From Candidatus Enterousia sp. (GTDB lineage Bacteria; Pseudomonadota; Alphaproteobacteria; Rs-D84), in contig JAZONN010000005.1 of assembly GCA_045654485.1 (NCBI GenBank), forward strand, positions 2,105 to 66,104: a stretch of DNA of 64,000 nt, written 5' to 3'. The first letter of the stretch is position 1. Every line of letters starts with the position of its first letter. Both the position numbers and the translations under genes were made by a program. Below the pieces are notes generated by a model. It did no database searches, had not been told where the DNA came from, and saw only the letters and a list, made by a program, of their open reading frames with translations. This document shows positions 45,358 through 54,177 of this stretch, piece after piece.

Positions 45358-46176
45358 ATGGCAAAGTTACGTAAACAAAATATTTTCAATACAACAACGG
45401 CATCTATTAAATTCCTTATATTCTGGATACTGGTCGTGTTTCAGGTTCCGATTTTAATATTAATGCCACGTCGTATGGCGGTACGTTATATGCCGGTTTT
45501 CATGTGGTTTTTATTAAAGTTGGCGGGTATACGTGTTGTTGTTCATGGAAAACTGTCTGACGCGCGTCCTTTGATGGTTGTGTCAAACCATATATCTGTT
45601 TTTGAATTGGCAACGTTCCCATGTGTTTTTCATGGCAGTTTTATTGCCAAAAAAGAAATGGAAAACTGGCCATTGGTTGGTTGGGTTGCGAAAAAGTTTG
45701 GCGTAATTTTTGTGGATCGTCGTCCGTCGCACGCCCGTGATGCTTTGGCGGTGGTTCAACGTGCTGTTCAATCTGTAAAATATCCAATGATATTGTTCCC
45801 CGAAGGTACCACCACAAACGGTGCGTACGTAAAACCGTTTAAGAGTACTCTGTTTAGTTTTGTTGAAAATTCAAATGTCACTGTTCAACCAATGGCGATG
45901 CATTATCGTTATCGTGATGGCTCTGTTATTGATGAACAAACAATGGCTGACCACTTTGCGTACTTTGATAATAAAAAAATGGATATGGGGCCACATTGTA
46001 AAATTGAACGCAGTGCATTTGGCCAAGTGTTTCACATTATGATGTTGGGTGGTTTTACGGTTGAAATAACATTGTTGCCGCCACCGTCATTGGACGGTAT
46101 GGACAGAAAGCAGATTGCCGAAACTCTGCAAAAAATCGTTTCGGATAAATACATGGAATTAAAAGATAAAAAATAA
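45358..46176 (+). CDS. olsA: Lysophospholipid (PlsC-family) acyltransferase, OlsA-like
   Basis: N-terminal TM, acyltransferase motif I VVSNHISVFE and motif III FPEGTTTNG. Separated by 3 nt from the olsB-like gene. Confidence 0.7.
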   Translation: MAKLRKQNIFNTTTASIKFLIFWILVVFQVPILILMPRRMAVRYMPVFMWFLLKLAGIRVVVHGKLSDARPLMVVSNHISVFELATFPCVFHGSFIAKKEMENWPLVGWVAKKFGVIFVDRRPSHARDALAVVQRAVQSVKYPMILFPEGTTTNGAYVKPFKSTLFSFVENSNVTVQPMAMHYRYRDGSVIDEQTMADHFAYFDNKKMDMGPHCKIERSAFGQVFHIMMLGGFTVEITLLPPPSLDGMDRKQIAETLQKIVSDKYMELKDKK

Positions 46177-46199
46177 AGAATACAAAAGAGATTTAAGAT

Positions 46200-47636
46200 A
46201 TGAAAACAGCTATTACACCAACACGTAGTGAAGATTTTAGTCAATGGTATCAGAATTTAATCGTTGCGGCCGATTTGGCGGAAAGCGCACCTGTGCGTGG
46301 TTGCATGACAATTAAACCGTATGGTTGGGCGATTTGGGAATTGATGCGTGATGAAATGGACAGACGCATAAAATCACATGGCGTTCAAAATGCAAACTTT
46401 CCATTATTGATTCCGATTGATTTCTTTAATAAAGAGGCCGAACACGTCGCCGGTTTTGCCAAAGAATGTGCAGTTGTAACGCATCATCGTTTAAAAATGA
46501 TTGATGGTTCTTTGCAACCTGATCCGGATTCTAAATTGACCGAACCATACATTATTCGTCCAACGTCTGAAACAATTATTGGCGAAGCAATGTCGCGTTG
46601 GGTGCAAAGTTACCGTGATTTGCCAATGAAATTGAATCAGTGGGTAAATGTAATGCGTTGGGAAATGCGTCCACGTATGTTCTTGCGTACATCTGAATTT
46701 AATTGGCAAGAAGGGCATAACGTATTCGCCACCCACCAAGAATCAAATGCGGATGCGCGCAAAATGCACAAAATGTATGGCGACTATATGCGTGAAATTT
46801 TGGCGATTCCGTCAATTATGGGTGAAAAAACACCCGAAGAACGCTTTGCGGGTGCGGACCACACATATACGTTGGAACATATTATGCAAGACGGCAAAGC
46901 ATTACAGGCCGGAACATCGCATGACCTGGGGCAACATTTTTCAAAATCATTTGGTATTCAGTTTTTGGGGGCTGATGGTAAATTACAGCACGCATGGACG
47001 ACATCTTGGGGTACAACAACACGTATGATGGGGTCTATGTTTATGATTCATTCGGACGATGATGGTTTGATTTTGCCACCACGTGTTGCGCCATACCAAG
47101 TTGTCATAATTCCAATTACACGTGAAGACACAGCGGCCGAATTAAATGCCTATGCCGAAGATTTGGGTGAAAAATTGCGCGCAAATGGTGTTCGTGTTTT
47201 GGTTGATACGTCGGATATGCGTGCGCCAGATAAAATGTGGAAATGGATTAAACGCGGTGTTCCATTGCGTGTTGAAATTGGTGCCCGTGAAATGGAATCG
47301 GGTATGGTTACAATTACCCGTCGTGATATTGGTCGTGAATCAAAGCGCACAATTCCTGTCGCAGAATTATTAACATCGGCGGGCGATATCTTGAATCAGA
47401 TTCATGATGATATGGTTGCGCGTGTTGAACAACGTAATGCGGAAATGATACACGAAGTTGCTGATTTGGATGCGTTGGATGCGGCGTTGTCTGCGGGTCA
47501 GATTGGATTTTTCCGTATTAAATATGCATTAACAACCAACGAACAATTTGAAGTATTGATGGAGCGTCATAAAATCACGCGTCGCTGTCTGGATGATAAA
47601 GATCCGGAATACGTGTTCGTTGCAAAATCATATTAA
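46200..47636 (+). CDS. proS: Proline--tRNA ligase, archaeal/eukaryote-like (Thermus-type) architecture
   Basis: The N-terminus ITPTRSEDFSQWYQNLIVAADLAESAPVRGCMTIKPYGWAIWE matches the type lacking the bacterial insertion domain and carrying a C-terminal extension. Size is 478 aa. Confidence 0.92.
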   Translation: MKTAITPTRSEDFSQWYQNLIVAADLAESAPVRGCMTIKPYGWAIWELMRDEMDRRIKSHGVQNANFPLLIPIDFFNKEAEHVAGFAKECAVVTHHRLKMIDGSLQPDPDSKLTEPYIIRPTSETIIGEAMSRWVQSYRDLPMKLNQWVNVMRWEMRPRMFLRTSEFNWQEGHNVFATHQESNADARKMHKMYGDYMREILAIPSIMGEKTPEERFAGADHTYTLEHIMQDGKALQAGTSHDLGQHFSKSFGIQFLGADGKLQHAWTTSWGTTTRMMGSMFMIHSDDDGLILPPRVAPYQVVIIPITREDTAAELNAYAEDLGEKLRANGVRVLVDTSDMRAPDKMWKWIKRGVPLRVEIGAREMESGMVTITRRDIGRESKRTIPVAELLTSAGDILNQIHDDMVARVEQRNAEMIHEVADLDALDAALSAGQIGFFRIKYALTTNEQFEVLMERHKITRRCLDDKDPEYVFVAKSY

Positions 47637-47663
47637 AAAATGGGGCAAACGCCCCATTTTTTT
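47635..47663. terminator. Bidirectional terminator shared by convergent proS and glyQS
   Basis: aaaaaaTGGGGCaaacGCCCCAttttttt. The T-run overlaps the glyQS stop codon. Confidence 0.85.
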
Positions 47664-49023
47664 ATTGATTCAAAATCTCTAACAATTTCATTGGTACTTC
47701 GTCTATCTTCACGCGTACTTGTTCCATTGTGTCACGATATCGCAATGTCACCGTACCGTCTTCCATTGATTGGTGGTCGACCGTCACGCAAACCGGAGTG
47801 CCGATTTCATCGTGTCTGCGATAGTTCTTACCAATATTGCCCGAATTTTCTAATTCAATGCGACCAATTCCCATCTTGCGCAGTTTTGCCACAATATCGT
47901 TCGAGATATCTAATAATTCCGGGACGTTGCGTGCCAACGGAATAACTGCGGCCTTGACCGGCGACAAAGATGGTTTTAATTTCAATACTGTGCGTGTTTT
48001 GCCATCGCCCAAATCTTCTTCTTCGTATGCTTCTATCATAACCGCCAACATAGCACGGTTTACCCCCATTGCGGTTTCAATGACATATGGGATAAAGTTT
48101 GTGCCATTTTGTGGGTCGGAATAAGACAACTTGGTTGTGCTGTCACGATTTTCCAAAACATTTGCATTAATTTGGAAATCCGATTGTGCTTTTGTGTGTG
48201 AGCCCAAATCGAAATCTTGTCTGTTGTGGATGCCTTCGACTTCATCAAATCCGTCTGGGAATTCGTATTCGATATCAACGGCGGCTTTGGCATAGTGTGC
48301 CAATTTTTCGTGTGGCGCAAAGCGTAATTTTTCCGCCGGTATTCCCAAAGCATTAATCCACCAAGCCATACGTTCTTGCATCCACATTTCGTGGAATTTT
48401 TCATCGTCTGCTGGGTTTACAAAGTATTGCATTTCTGCTTGTTCGAATTCACGCATACGGAACACAAATCCACGTGGAGAAATTTCGTTACGGAACGCTT
48501 TACCAATTTGTGCAATACCAAATGGCAGTTTATGTGGTTTTGCGTCCAAAACGTTTTTGAAATTGGTATATGTTGTTGTTGCGGTCTCTGGTCGCAGGTA
48601 TGCATTAATTGCGCCATCTGCGGTTGCGCCGATTGACAATCCCATCATCAATTGGTATGCGCGTGGCTCGGATATTTCGGTGCTGCCGCAATTATCGCAT
48701 TTTGATTGGTCTTTCATTTTATCTTGACGCATACGTGCGCCGCACTTTTTGCATTCGACCAACGGGTCTGAAAATCCTGCTTCGTGTCCGGAATATTTCC
48801 ACAGCAATCGGTTTGTGATTAGTGCCGCATCCAATCCTTCGATATCATCACGTGAATAAATCATATTGTTCCACCAAGCGTTGCGGATGTTTTTCATCAA
48901 TTCCACGCCGTATGGACCATAGTCATATGCGCCACCCAATCCACCATAGATTTCAGAACCTGTGAAAATAAAACCACGACGTTTACAAAGTGCAACTATA
49001 TCATTTACTGTTTTTGCTGGCAT
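47662..49023 (-). CDS. glyQS: Glycine--tRNA ligase, homodimeric (alpha2, GlyQS) type
   Basis: IVALCKRRGFIFTGSEIYGGLGGAYDYGPYGVELMKNIRNAWW is typical of the single-chain GlyRS. Size is 453 aa. Confidence 0.93.
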   Translation of the reverse strand: MPAKTVNDIVALCKRRGFIFTGSEIYGGLGGAYDYGPYGVELMKNIRNAWWNNMIYSRDDIEGLDAALITNRLLWKYSGHEAGFSDPLVECKKCGARMRQDKMKDQSKCDNCGSTEISEPRAYQLMMGLSIGATADGAINAYLRPETATTTYTNFKNVLDAKPHKLPFGIAQIGKAFRNEISPRGFVFRMREFEQAEMQYFVNPADDEKFHEMWMQERMAWWINALGIPAEKLRFAPHEKLAHYAKAAVDIEYEFPDGFDEVEGIHNRQDFDLGSHTKAQSDFQINANVLENRDSTTKLSYSDPQNGTNFIPYVIETAMGVNRAMLAVMIEAYEEEDLGDGKTRTVLKLKPSLSPVKAAVIPLARNVPELLDISNDIVAKLRKMGIGRIELENSGNIGKNYRRHDEIGTPVCVTVDHQSMEDGTVTLRYRDTMEQVRVKIDEVPMKLLEILNQ

Positions 49024-49151
49024 AATTTACCCCCGATTAATTTAATACGTGTGTATTTTATACAGATTTTGCCAATTTGCAACATAATAAACTTTGCGAA
49101 AAAATATTTCTTTATGGTTTGTGTTGGTTGTTGTGATGTTTCGGAATAACG

Positions 49152-49176
49152 AAAAAACCTGCTGATTTCAGCAGGT
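49152..49176 (-). terminator. Intrinsic terminator after tRNA-Lys
   Basis: The minus strand reads ACCTGCTGAaaTCAGCAGGTtttttc. Confidence 0.8.
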
Positions 49177-49181
49177 TATCG

Positions 49182-49257
49182 TGGTGGGAACACAGGGACT
49201 CGAACCCTGGACCCAATGATTAAAAGTCATTTGCTCTACCAACTGAGCTATGTTCCC
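49182..49257 (-). tRNA. tRNA-Lys (anticodon UUU), CCA end encoded
   Basis: The minus strand reads GGGAACATAGCTCAGTTGGTAGAGCAAATGACTTTTAATCATTGGGTCCAGGGTTCGAGTCCCTGTGTTCCCACCA. The cloverleaf folds by hand and the anticodon loop is CTTTTAA. Confidence 0.95.
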
Positions 49258-49359
49258 AAAACCGGACCGTGGAAAGCGAAACCATAGGGTCTGTTTCCAC
49301 AGGTACGGGGGCAATTTTGACACATGTAAAAACAAAAATCAAGTAAAATATTCAAAAAA

Positions 49360-50046
49360 TTACATTTTTATTTTTTTATTGTTATTTTCGGTCAAATCCG
49401 CATTGGATAAATGGTTTTGCAGATTCAATGCCGCCACGCTGTCTGAATCCAACCAATCAAGGATTTTCGACATTATTGCGGCGGTATGTTTTGCGGTCAT
49501 GTGCCGGTTTCGTCGAAATTTACTTTCGTTAATAAGGTGCGTCATATCACGTGCCAATGCGGCCAAAGTTTGTGCTTGCTCTGTGTTTAATACTTTGCTT
49601 TGTTCGTTTCTGAACAGTAATGTATCCAAATCGTTGTGATATTGCCTTAATTGTTCTGCGATTTTTGGGGTTATGTTCAATCGTCGTGAAATTTCTTGTG
49701 GCTGCCAAATCAGCATTCGATTAAGATTTTCTGTTGTTAATTTACTATGCACCCCCATAGATTGCCTAAGCAGCATAATCAGGTTAAGCATAATAGTGTT
49801 TAATTTATCTGTCACGCTGTTCATCAGGTTTTTTGTCACCTGCTTATTAACGCGATAATTCATATAATCGTACAGTAAAAACACCAACGGTATCGACAGC
49901 AATGAAGCCGACACGTTAATTATCAAATCGCGCAGGTTTTCATTCGGCGCATTATCGATTGCGCCCGTGTACAGAACAATGCCACCCGTAATCGACATTA
50001 AATACGGCAAAGATTTCAAAAAAACGGTGCGAAAACTGAAATTCAT
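49360..50046 (-). CDS. Hypothetical membrane protein (228 aa)
   Basis: Two N-terminal TM segments and a helical soluble C-terminal part. No family recognised. No obvious SD. Confidence 0.5.
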   Translation of the reverse strand: MNFSFRTVFLKSLPYLMSITGGIVLYTGAIDNAPNENLRDLIINVSASLLSIPLVFLLYDYMNYRVNKQVTKNLMNSVTDKLNTIMLNLIMLLRQSMGVHSKLTTENLNRMLIWQPQEISRRLNITPKIAEQLRQYHNDLDTLLFRNEQSKVLNTEQAQTLAALARDMTHLINESKFRRNRHMTAKHTAAIMSKILDWLDSDSVAALNLQNHLSNADLTENNNKKIKM

Positions 50047-50090
50047 ATTTCGTACTGTACATTAAAAAATGTTATGTTCCCACAGGCATG

Positions 50091-51248
50091 TTATCCCAAT
50101 TGTGTTGGACATTTTTTTCGCACGTATGTCAATGCCCACACACATATTGCGACAACAATCATCCCCAACGCCCAAATACTGTATCGCCAACTGCCGATTG
50201 TGGCGCCGATACCGATGATTGCGCATACTGCCATATACACCAGATACGTAAGTGTTGTAAACAGCGACAATACCACCGACCTGTGGCGTGTTGGAATCAA
50301 GTGTTGGAAACGTGCGTATGTAATTGTGTACACACACCATATCAGTGTGTATGCCACCCCAATCATCCACAGTGTCTGTGGATTATAAATATGTGCAAAC
50401 AGAACATACAATCCGCCCGCCACCCCAATCATCAAATATAACAAAGTATCGGATATATTTTTGAATTTGTATGCGAATCTTTGTCCGAACGTTGCGCATA
50501 TTAATAAAAAGAACGGCACGATTCCGACGAATTCGGTTGAAATTCCCAACTGTAACGCAATCGGGCTTAAAAAGTCATCTAAATACGGAACGTTCACCAC
50601 CAACAAAGCCAACAGCATAATCGGCATCATGCATGGTGTCTTTATGCAAGTTTTTATCCCGTCGCGGAACATTTGTTGGAAACCTGTGGTTTGGCCACTG
50701 TTCGCAATGCGGTTTGGGATAACCATTAAACACAGCACAGAAATTGCGATTGCAACGACCGACGCCCATGTAACCCAATCGTACCCCAGAAACATCATCA
50801 AAGATCCCATCGCCGACAAAGCGACCCCGATTGATTCAAATGTTGCCTTGCGCCCCAGTATTCGTGTATATTCTTTTGTGTGTCCTGCGGCGGCGACTTC
50901 GTCGTATATTAATCCTTCGAAAGCCACATTTCGAAATCCTGATTGTATTCCCCACAGAATCATACCGAAAATAAAGCCGAAATAATTTGGCATAACCATC
51001 CACATTATAACTGCGATAATTTTCAAAAATTGCCCGAAAGCCATTGCATTGCGTGCGCCGCATTTATTGGTGATGAATGCAATTGGCATTTGTCCCATAA
51101 CGGTTGCGGCGGCGGAAATCAAGAACATTGCCGACAACAATCCATCACCAATGCCATTTTGTTGCATAAAAATTGCATAGACCGGTGTTAACAGTAAAAA
51201 TTTATTGAAAAAAGCAAACCCATAAATCGCGATCAACAACCGTTTCAC
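50091..51248 (-). CDS. MFS-type transporter
   Basis: About 12 hydrophobic segments. I prefer GTG 51248 (VKRLLIAIYGFAFF...), preceded by AGGGGA, over the ORF-track start at 51302. Confidence 0.75.
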   Translation of the reverse strand: MKRLLIAIYGFAFFNKFLLLTPVYAIFMQQNGIGDGLLSAMFLISAAATVMGQMPIAFITNKCGARNAMAFGQFLKIIAVIMWMVMPNYFGFIFGMILWGIQSGFRNVAFEGLIYDEVAAAGHTKEYTRILGRKATFESIGVALSAMGSLMMFLGYDWVTWASVVAIAISVLCLMVIPNRIANSGQTTGFQQMFRDGIKTCIKTPCMMPIMLLALLVVNVPYLDDFLSPIALQLGISTEFVGIVPFFLLICATFGQRFAYKFKNISDTLLYLMIGVAGGLYVLFAHIYNPQTLWMIGVAYTLIWCVYTITYARFQHLIPTRHRSVVLSLFTTLTYLVYMAVCAIIGIGATIGSWRYSIWALGMIVVAICVWALTYVRKKCPTQLG

Positions 51249-51371
51249 CGCATTCCCCTTTTTGATGATAAATATTATATAAAAATTTACATAAAAGTAC
51301 ACAGCAAATATTGAATTTACCCCCCAAATGTACTATAATATATATGATAGATATGTGATAAATAAAAGGAT

Positions 51372-53435
51372 TTGGCAATGGCATTTGAAACCAAGCAATA
51401 CTTAATTGATTTAGTGCGTCAGTTGAACTTGCGTCATATGGATGAACCAACACGTGCCCAATTGGCCGATTGGAAGAAGAAAGGCGTTGCCACCTCGAAT
51501 CAAGCGGCTTGGGACCCGGATGCCGATTTGCCGAAAGTAAAAGATCAGAAATATGGGACGTTTGCAATCGGCGAATTAGAGGGTGTGTTAAGATGGTTGT
51601 CAGAAACCGCCGCTGCATTTGCAGCAGATGATGACTTGCGGTCGGAAAATAAGGAAGTTGATAATTTTATTAAAAAGTTTTATGACGAGACATCCCCAAT
51701 TATTCCCATCTTTAAGATAGAAGAGATAGCGGGAGCAAAAGAAATTGCCGACTATATAGCGTCTAATGCTTCTGAGTTAGAAGTGTTGTTTGAACAAGCA
51801 GAAGGGCTGCGTCAGAGCGATTTAGAAAAGCTGGCTAAGGCGTTAAGGGGTGACTATAGAACAAATGTCAAGGCGCAACAAACCTTAAAGAGTTTTCTGT
51901 ATCGTATTGAATGGAACGTTCGATATAATACAGAAAGACAAATTCCGATACAAAATTTTCCCAAAGCGTGGTCGACGGGGGTGTGGGACAATGAAGATGC
52001 GAAAGAGATAGATGCTTATTTCCAACAGAACAAAAACTGGATTGTCAGTGTTACGGGTGACCCGCAGATTTTAGATTCTGGTTTTTCTGCTAAACAACCG
52101 GGTGATGTATGGGTAATTCTGGATGAGTTGTTGAAGGTAGAGCCAGATTTGACAAAGTGGCCTAAGGGCAAAATTCCGAAAGCATGGAAATTGTCAAGTG
52201 GTTCAAAGAAAATTGATAAGGCAAAATTCGACAGGTATATAGAAAACTTAGATGCTACTCAGAATGGTAGACAGATTGATGTAAGTCGGATAAATGACGC
52301 CCGTTCTGTCTTAGATTATAGCAACAGACACTTTACCGGTGCCGAATTGCAAAAATTTGCAGTTAATATTGACAAGGTATTTGAAGAAATTGTTTCAAAA
52401 GATAAACTGCGTGATGCTGTAACGGCACGTGGTGGCGATTTTGCCAAATGGATTTCTGAGGGATTAAAAAAATCCAATTATAAAGACGGTGACGATAAAG
52501 TTGGTCAGAAATTTACCGATCGTAAACGTTTTTTTGGTCGCGCCGAATCCGCGGTAAAGGGTTATTTGGCCGACACATGGGATAAATTGTCTGATAAACA
52601 CAAACGTCATATTTATCAAACAAAAGCGAATTTTGTTGTAGAAGGTCTGCTGAAAGAAAAGGTTAAGCCAACCGACGGTTTGGGCAAGGTATTGGAAAAA
52701 TTGGATGGTATCGCAGACAAGCAACCGGTGCCGGTGCAAAAACAAATTAAATGGATGAAGAAAACATTGGGGGCGATGTCCAATACGACCCAGTTTAAAG
52801 AGGCCTTAACCCATGGCGGTCAAATGCAAAATGTCGTTAATGATATTATTGCCGTCGTAGCAAGCGATTCTGATATGGAAAACGCCATGATGACATTGGA
52901 AACATTGGCGGTAATGTCATCATCTATGACAACATCCGGTGTTCGTGAAGAATTACATAAAATGGACTTTACAATATTCTCGGACCCATCAATGTCCTTT
53001 AACAAAGGTGGTTTGGGTGTATTGACCAAGGCAATCGATAAAACGTTGCGTTTTGCGACATTGGCGGTGTACGAAGCGGGTAATTTTGTTGCCAATGCCA
53101 TTAAAAAAACCGGTGGCAAGATAAAGAAAGATAAAATCAACGCCGTCGCATCCGGCCAAACTGTGACCGATGATGAAATGCGTCGTATCCAATTAATGGC
53201 GTTCTGGAACTTTATAAATTCCAATGCAAATACAGATATTAATATCTTTAAACGTCATTCGGAAAAACAGAAGACCGCCAATGCCAAGGCGGAATTAAAA
53301 GACGATCAAGGCAATCCAACGGAAGAATTCAAATTCAAGATTAAAGATCGTGATATGGTTCGCAAAAACCCAACGGCCCAAGAAGTCGCCTTCTTGCAGT
53401 ATATGATAAAGCAGGGCTATGCCCAGGCGGCATAA
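51372..53435 (+). CDS. Large hydrophilic orphan protein (687 aa), function unknown
   Basis: Preceded by the SD AAAGGA. No signal peptide or TM. Rich in Lys/Asp/Glu. Frequent AGA/AGG/CGG/GGG codons, unlike neighbouring core genes. Tandem terminators lie downstream. Confidence 0.7.
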   Translation: MAMAFETKQYLIDLVRQLNLRHMDEPTRAQLADWKKKGVATSNQAAWDPDADLPKVKDQKYGTFAIGELEGVLRWLSETAAAFAADDDLRSENKEVDNFIKKFYDETSPIIPIFKIEEIAGAKEIADYIASNASELEVLFEQAEGLRQSDLEKLAKALRGDYRTNVKAQQTLKSFLYRIEWNVRYNTERQIPIQNFPKAWSTGVWDNEDAKEIDAYFQQNKNWIVSVTGDPQILDSGFSAKQPGDVWVILDELLKVEPDLTKWPKGKIPKAWKLSSGSKKIDKAKFDRYIENLDATQNGRQIDVSRINDARSVLDYSNRHFTGAELQKFAVNIDKVFEEIVSKDKLRDAVTARGGDFAKWISEGLKKSNYKDGDDKVGQKFTDRKRFFGRAESAVKGYLADTWDKLSDKHKRHIYQTKANFVVEGLLKEKVKPTDGLGKVLEKLDGIADKQPVPVQKQIKWMKKTLGAMSNTTQFKEALTHGGQMQNVVNDIIAVVASDSDMENAMMTLETLAVMSSSMTTSGVREELHKMDFTIFSDPSMSFNKGGLGVLTKAIDKTLRFATLAVYEAGNFVANAIKKTGGKIKKDKINAVASGQTVTDDEMRRIQLMAFWNFINSNANTDINIFKRHSEKQKTANAKAELKDDQGNPTEEFKFKIKDRDMVRKNPTAQEVAFLQYMIKQGYAQAA

Positions 53436-53485
53436 TCCACACATACGCCACTTGATTTTATCGTTAATTTGTGGTATAATAAAAA

Positions 53486-53548
53486 CATGCGTCACCGGTT
53501 GGTGGCGTTTGTTTTTTGTCGTCCTTTTGCGGGCGACTTTTTTTTGTT
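53486..53548 (+). terminator. Two tandem intrinsic terminators
   Basis: The first hairpin is cgtcaccggttggtggcg followed by ttgtttttt. The second is gtcgtccttttgcgggcgac followed by T8. Confidence 0.75.
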
Positions 53549-53570
53549 CATTAAAACCAAAGGATTTACT

Positions 53571-54128
53571 ATGACACGCATTTTACAACTCAGACGTGGT
53601 ACAACCGCCGCAAATGATAATTTTACCGGTTGTGCCGGCGAATTAACAATGGATACAGAAAAAAATACTATTCGTATTCACGATGGACGAACTTTGGGCG
53701 GTTTTCAAATGGCACGTGCAGATATTGGTTCTTTTGACATAACAACCGTTTCAGATGAATTTTGGGCATCTTTATTTGCCCGACATAATTTAAATATGCC
53801 ACATTTTATTGATACTACGTCGGTGCCAATAAATTCAACACAGGCCTATATCGATTATATCTTGGGCGATGTTGCACAACCACAAATGGTGTATGCGTAT
53901 TTGGTATGCCAAAATCCATCCGCGGGATATGTGGCGGGCGATTGTGTTGCGGCCTTTGGTATCGGTGACCGTGCAAATCCACAACCAAACATAACACATG
54001 ATCGTGATGGTTATCATATAAAATTAATGGTCGGTTGTGCCAAATTTTGGGTGTCGCATCGTGATACAGGCATAACAACGCCAATCAATGATTCTGATTG
54101 GCATATTTCATTCCGACTTTACTGTTGA
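53571..54128 (+). CDS. Small protein with phage tail-fibre-type N-terminal motif (185 aa)
   Basis: ATG 53571 lies after AAAGGA. The N-terminus MTRILQLRRGTTAANDNFTGCAGELTMDTEKNTIRIHDGRTLGG matches the LRRGT...GE...DT...GDG.T motif of phage tail fibres and hyaluronidases. The ORF-track start at 53469 would include the upstream terminators. Confidence 0.65.
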   Translation: MTRILQLRRGTTAANDNFTGCAGELTMDTEKNTIRIHDGRTLGGFQMARADIGSFDITTVSDEFWASLFARHNLNMPHFIDTTSVPINSTQAYIDYILGDVAQPQMVYAYLVCQNPSAGYVAGDCVAAFGIGDRANPQPNITHDRDGYHIKLMVGCAKFWVSHRDTGITTPINDSDWHISFRLYC

Positions 54129-54177
54129 AAACTTTAAAATCGTTTGCTATGCTGTGCCCGTAAAAAAAGGATTTCAC

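Noticed and set aside
53469-53570. The upstream extension of the tail-fibre-motif ORF (ORF-track start 53469).
   Set aside because: The extension reads through the two terminator hairpins of the preceding gene. ATG 53571 has a proper SD and starts exactly at the conserved motif.
53571-54128. A prophage or gene-transfer-agent region inferred from the tail-fibre motif.
   Set aside because: No capsid, portal, terminase, tail tube, lysis or integrase genes occur nearby. The neighbours are a 687-aa orphan and ackA. Only a solitary remnant or domesticated gene can be claimed.
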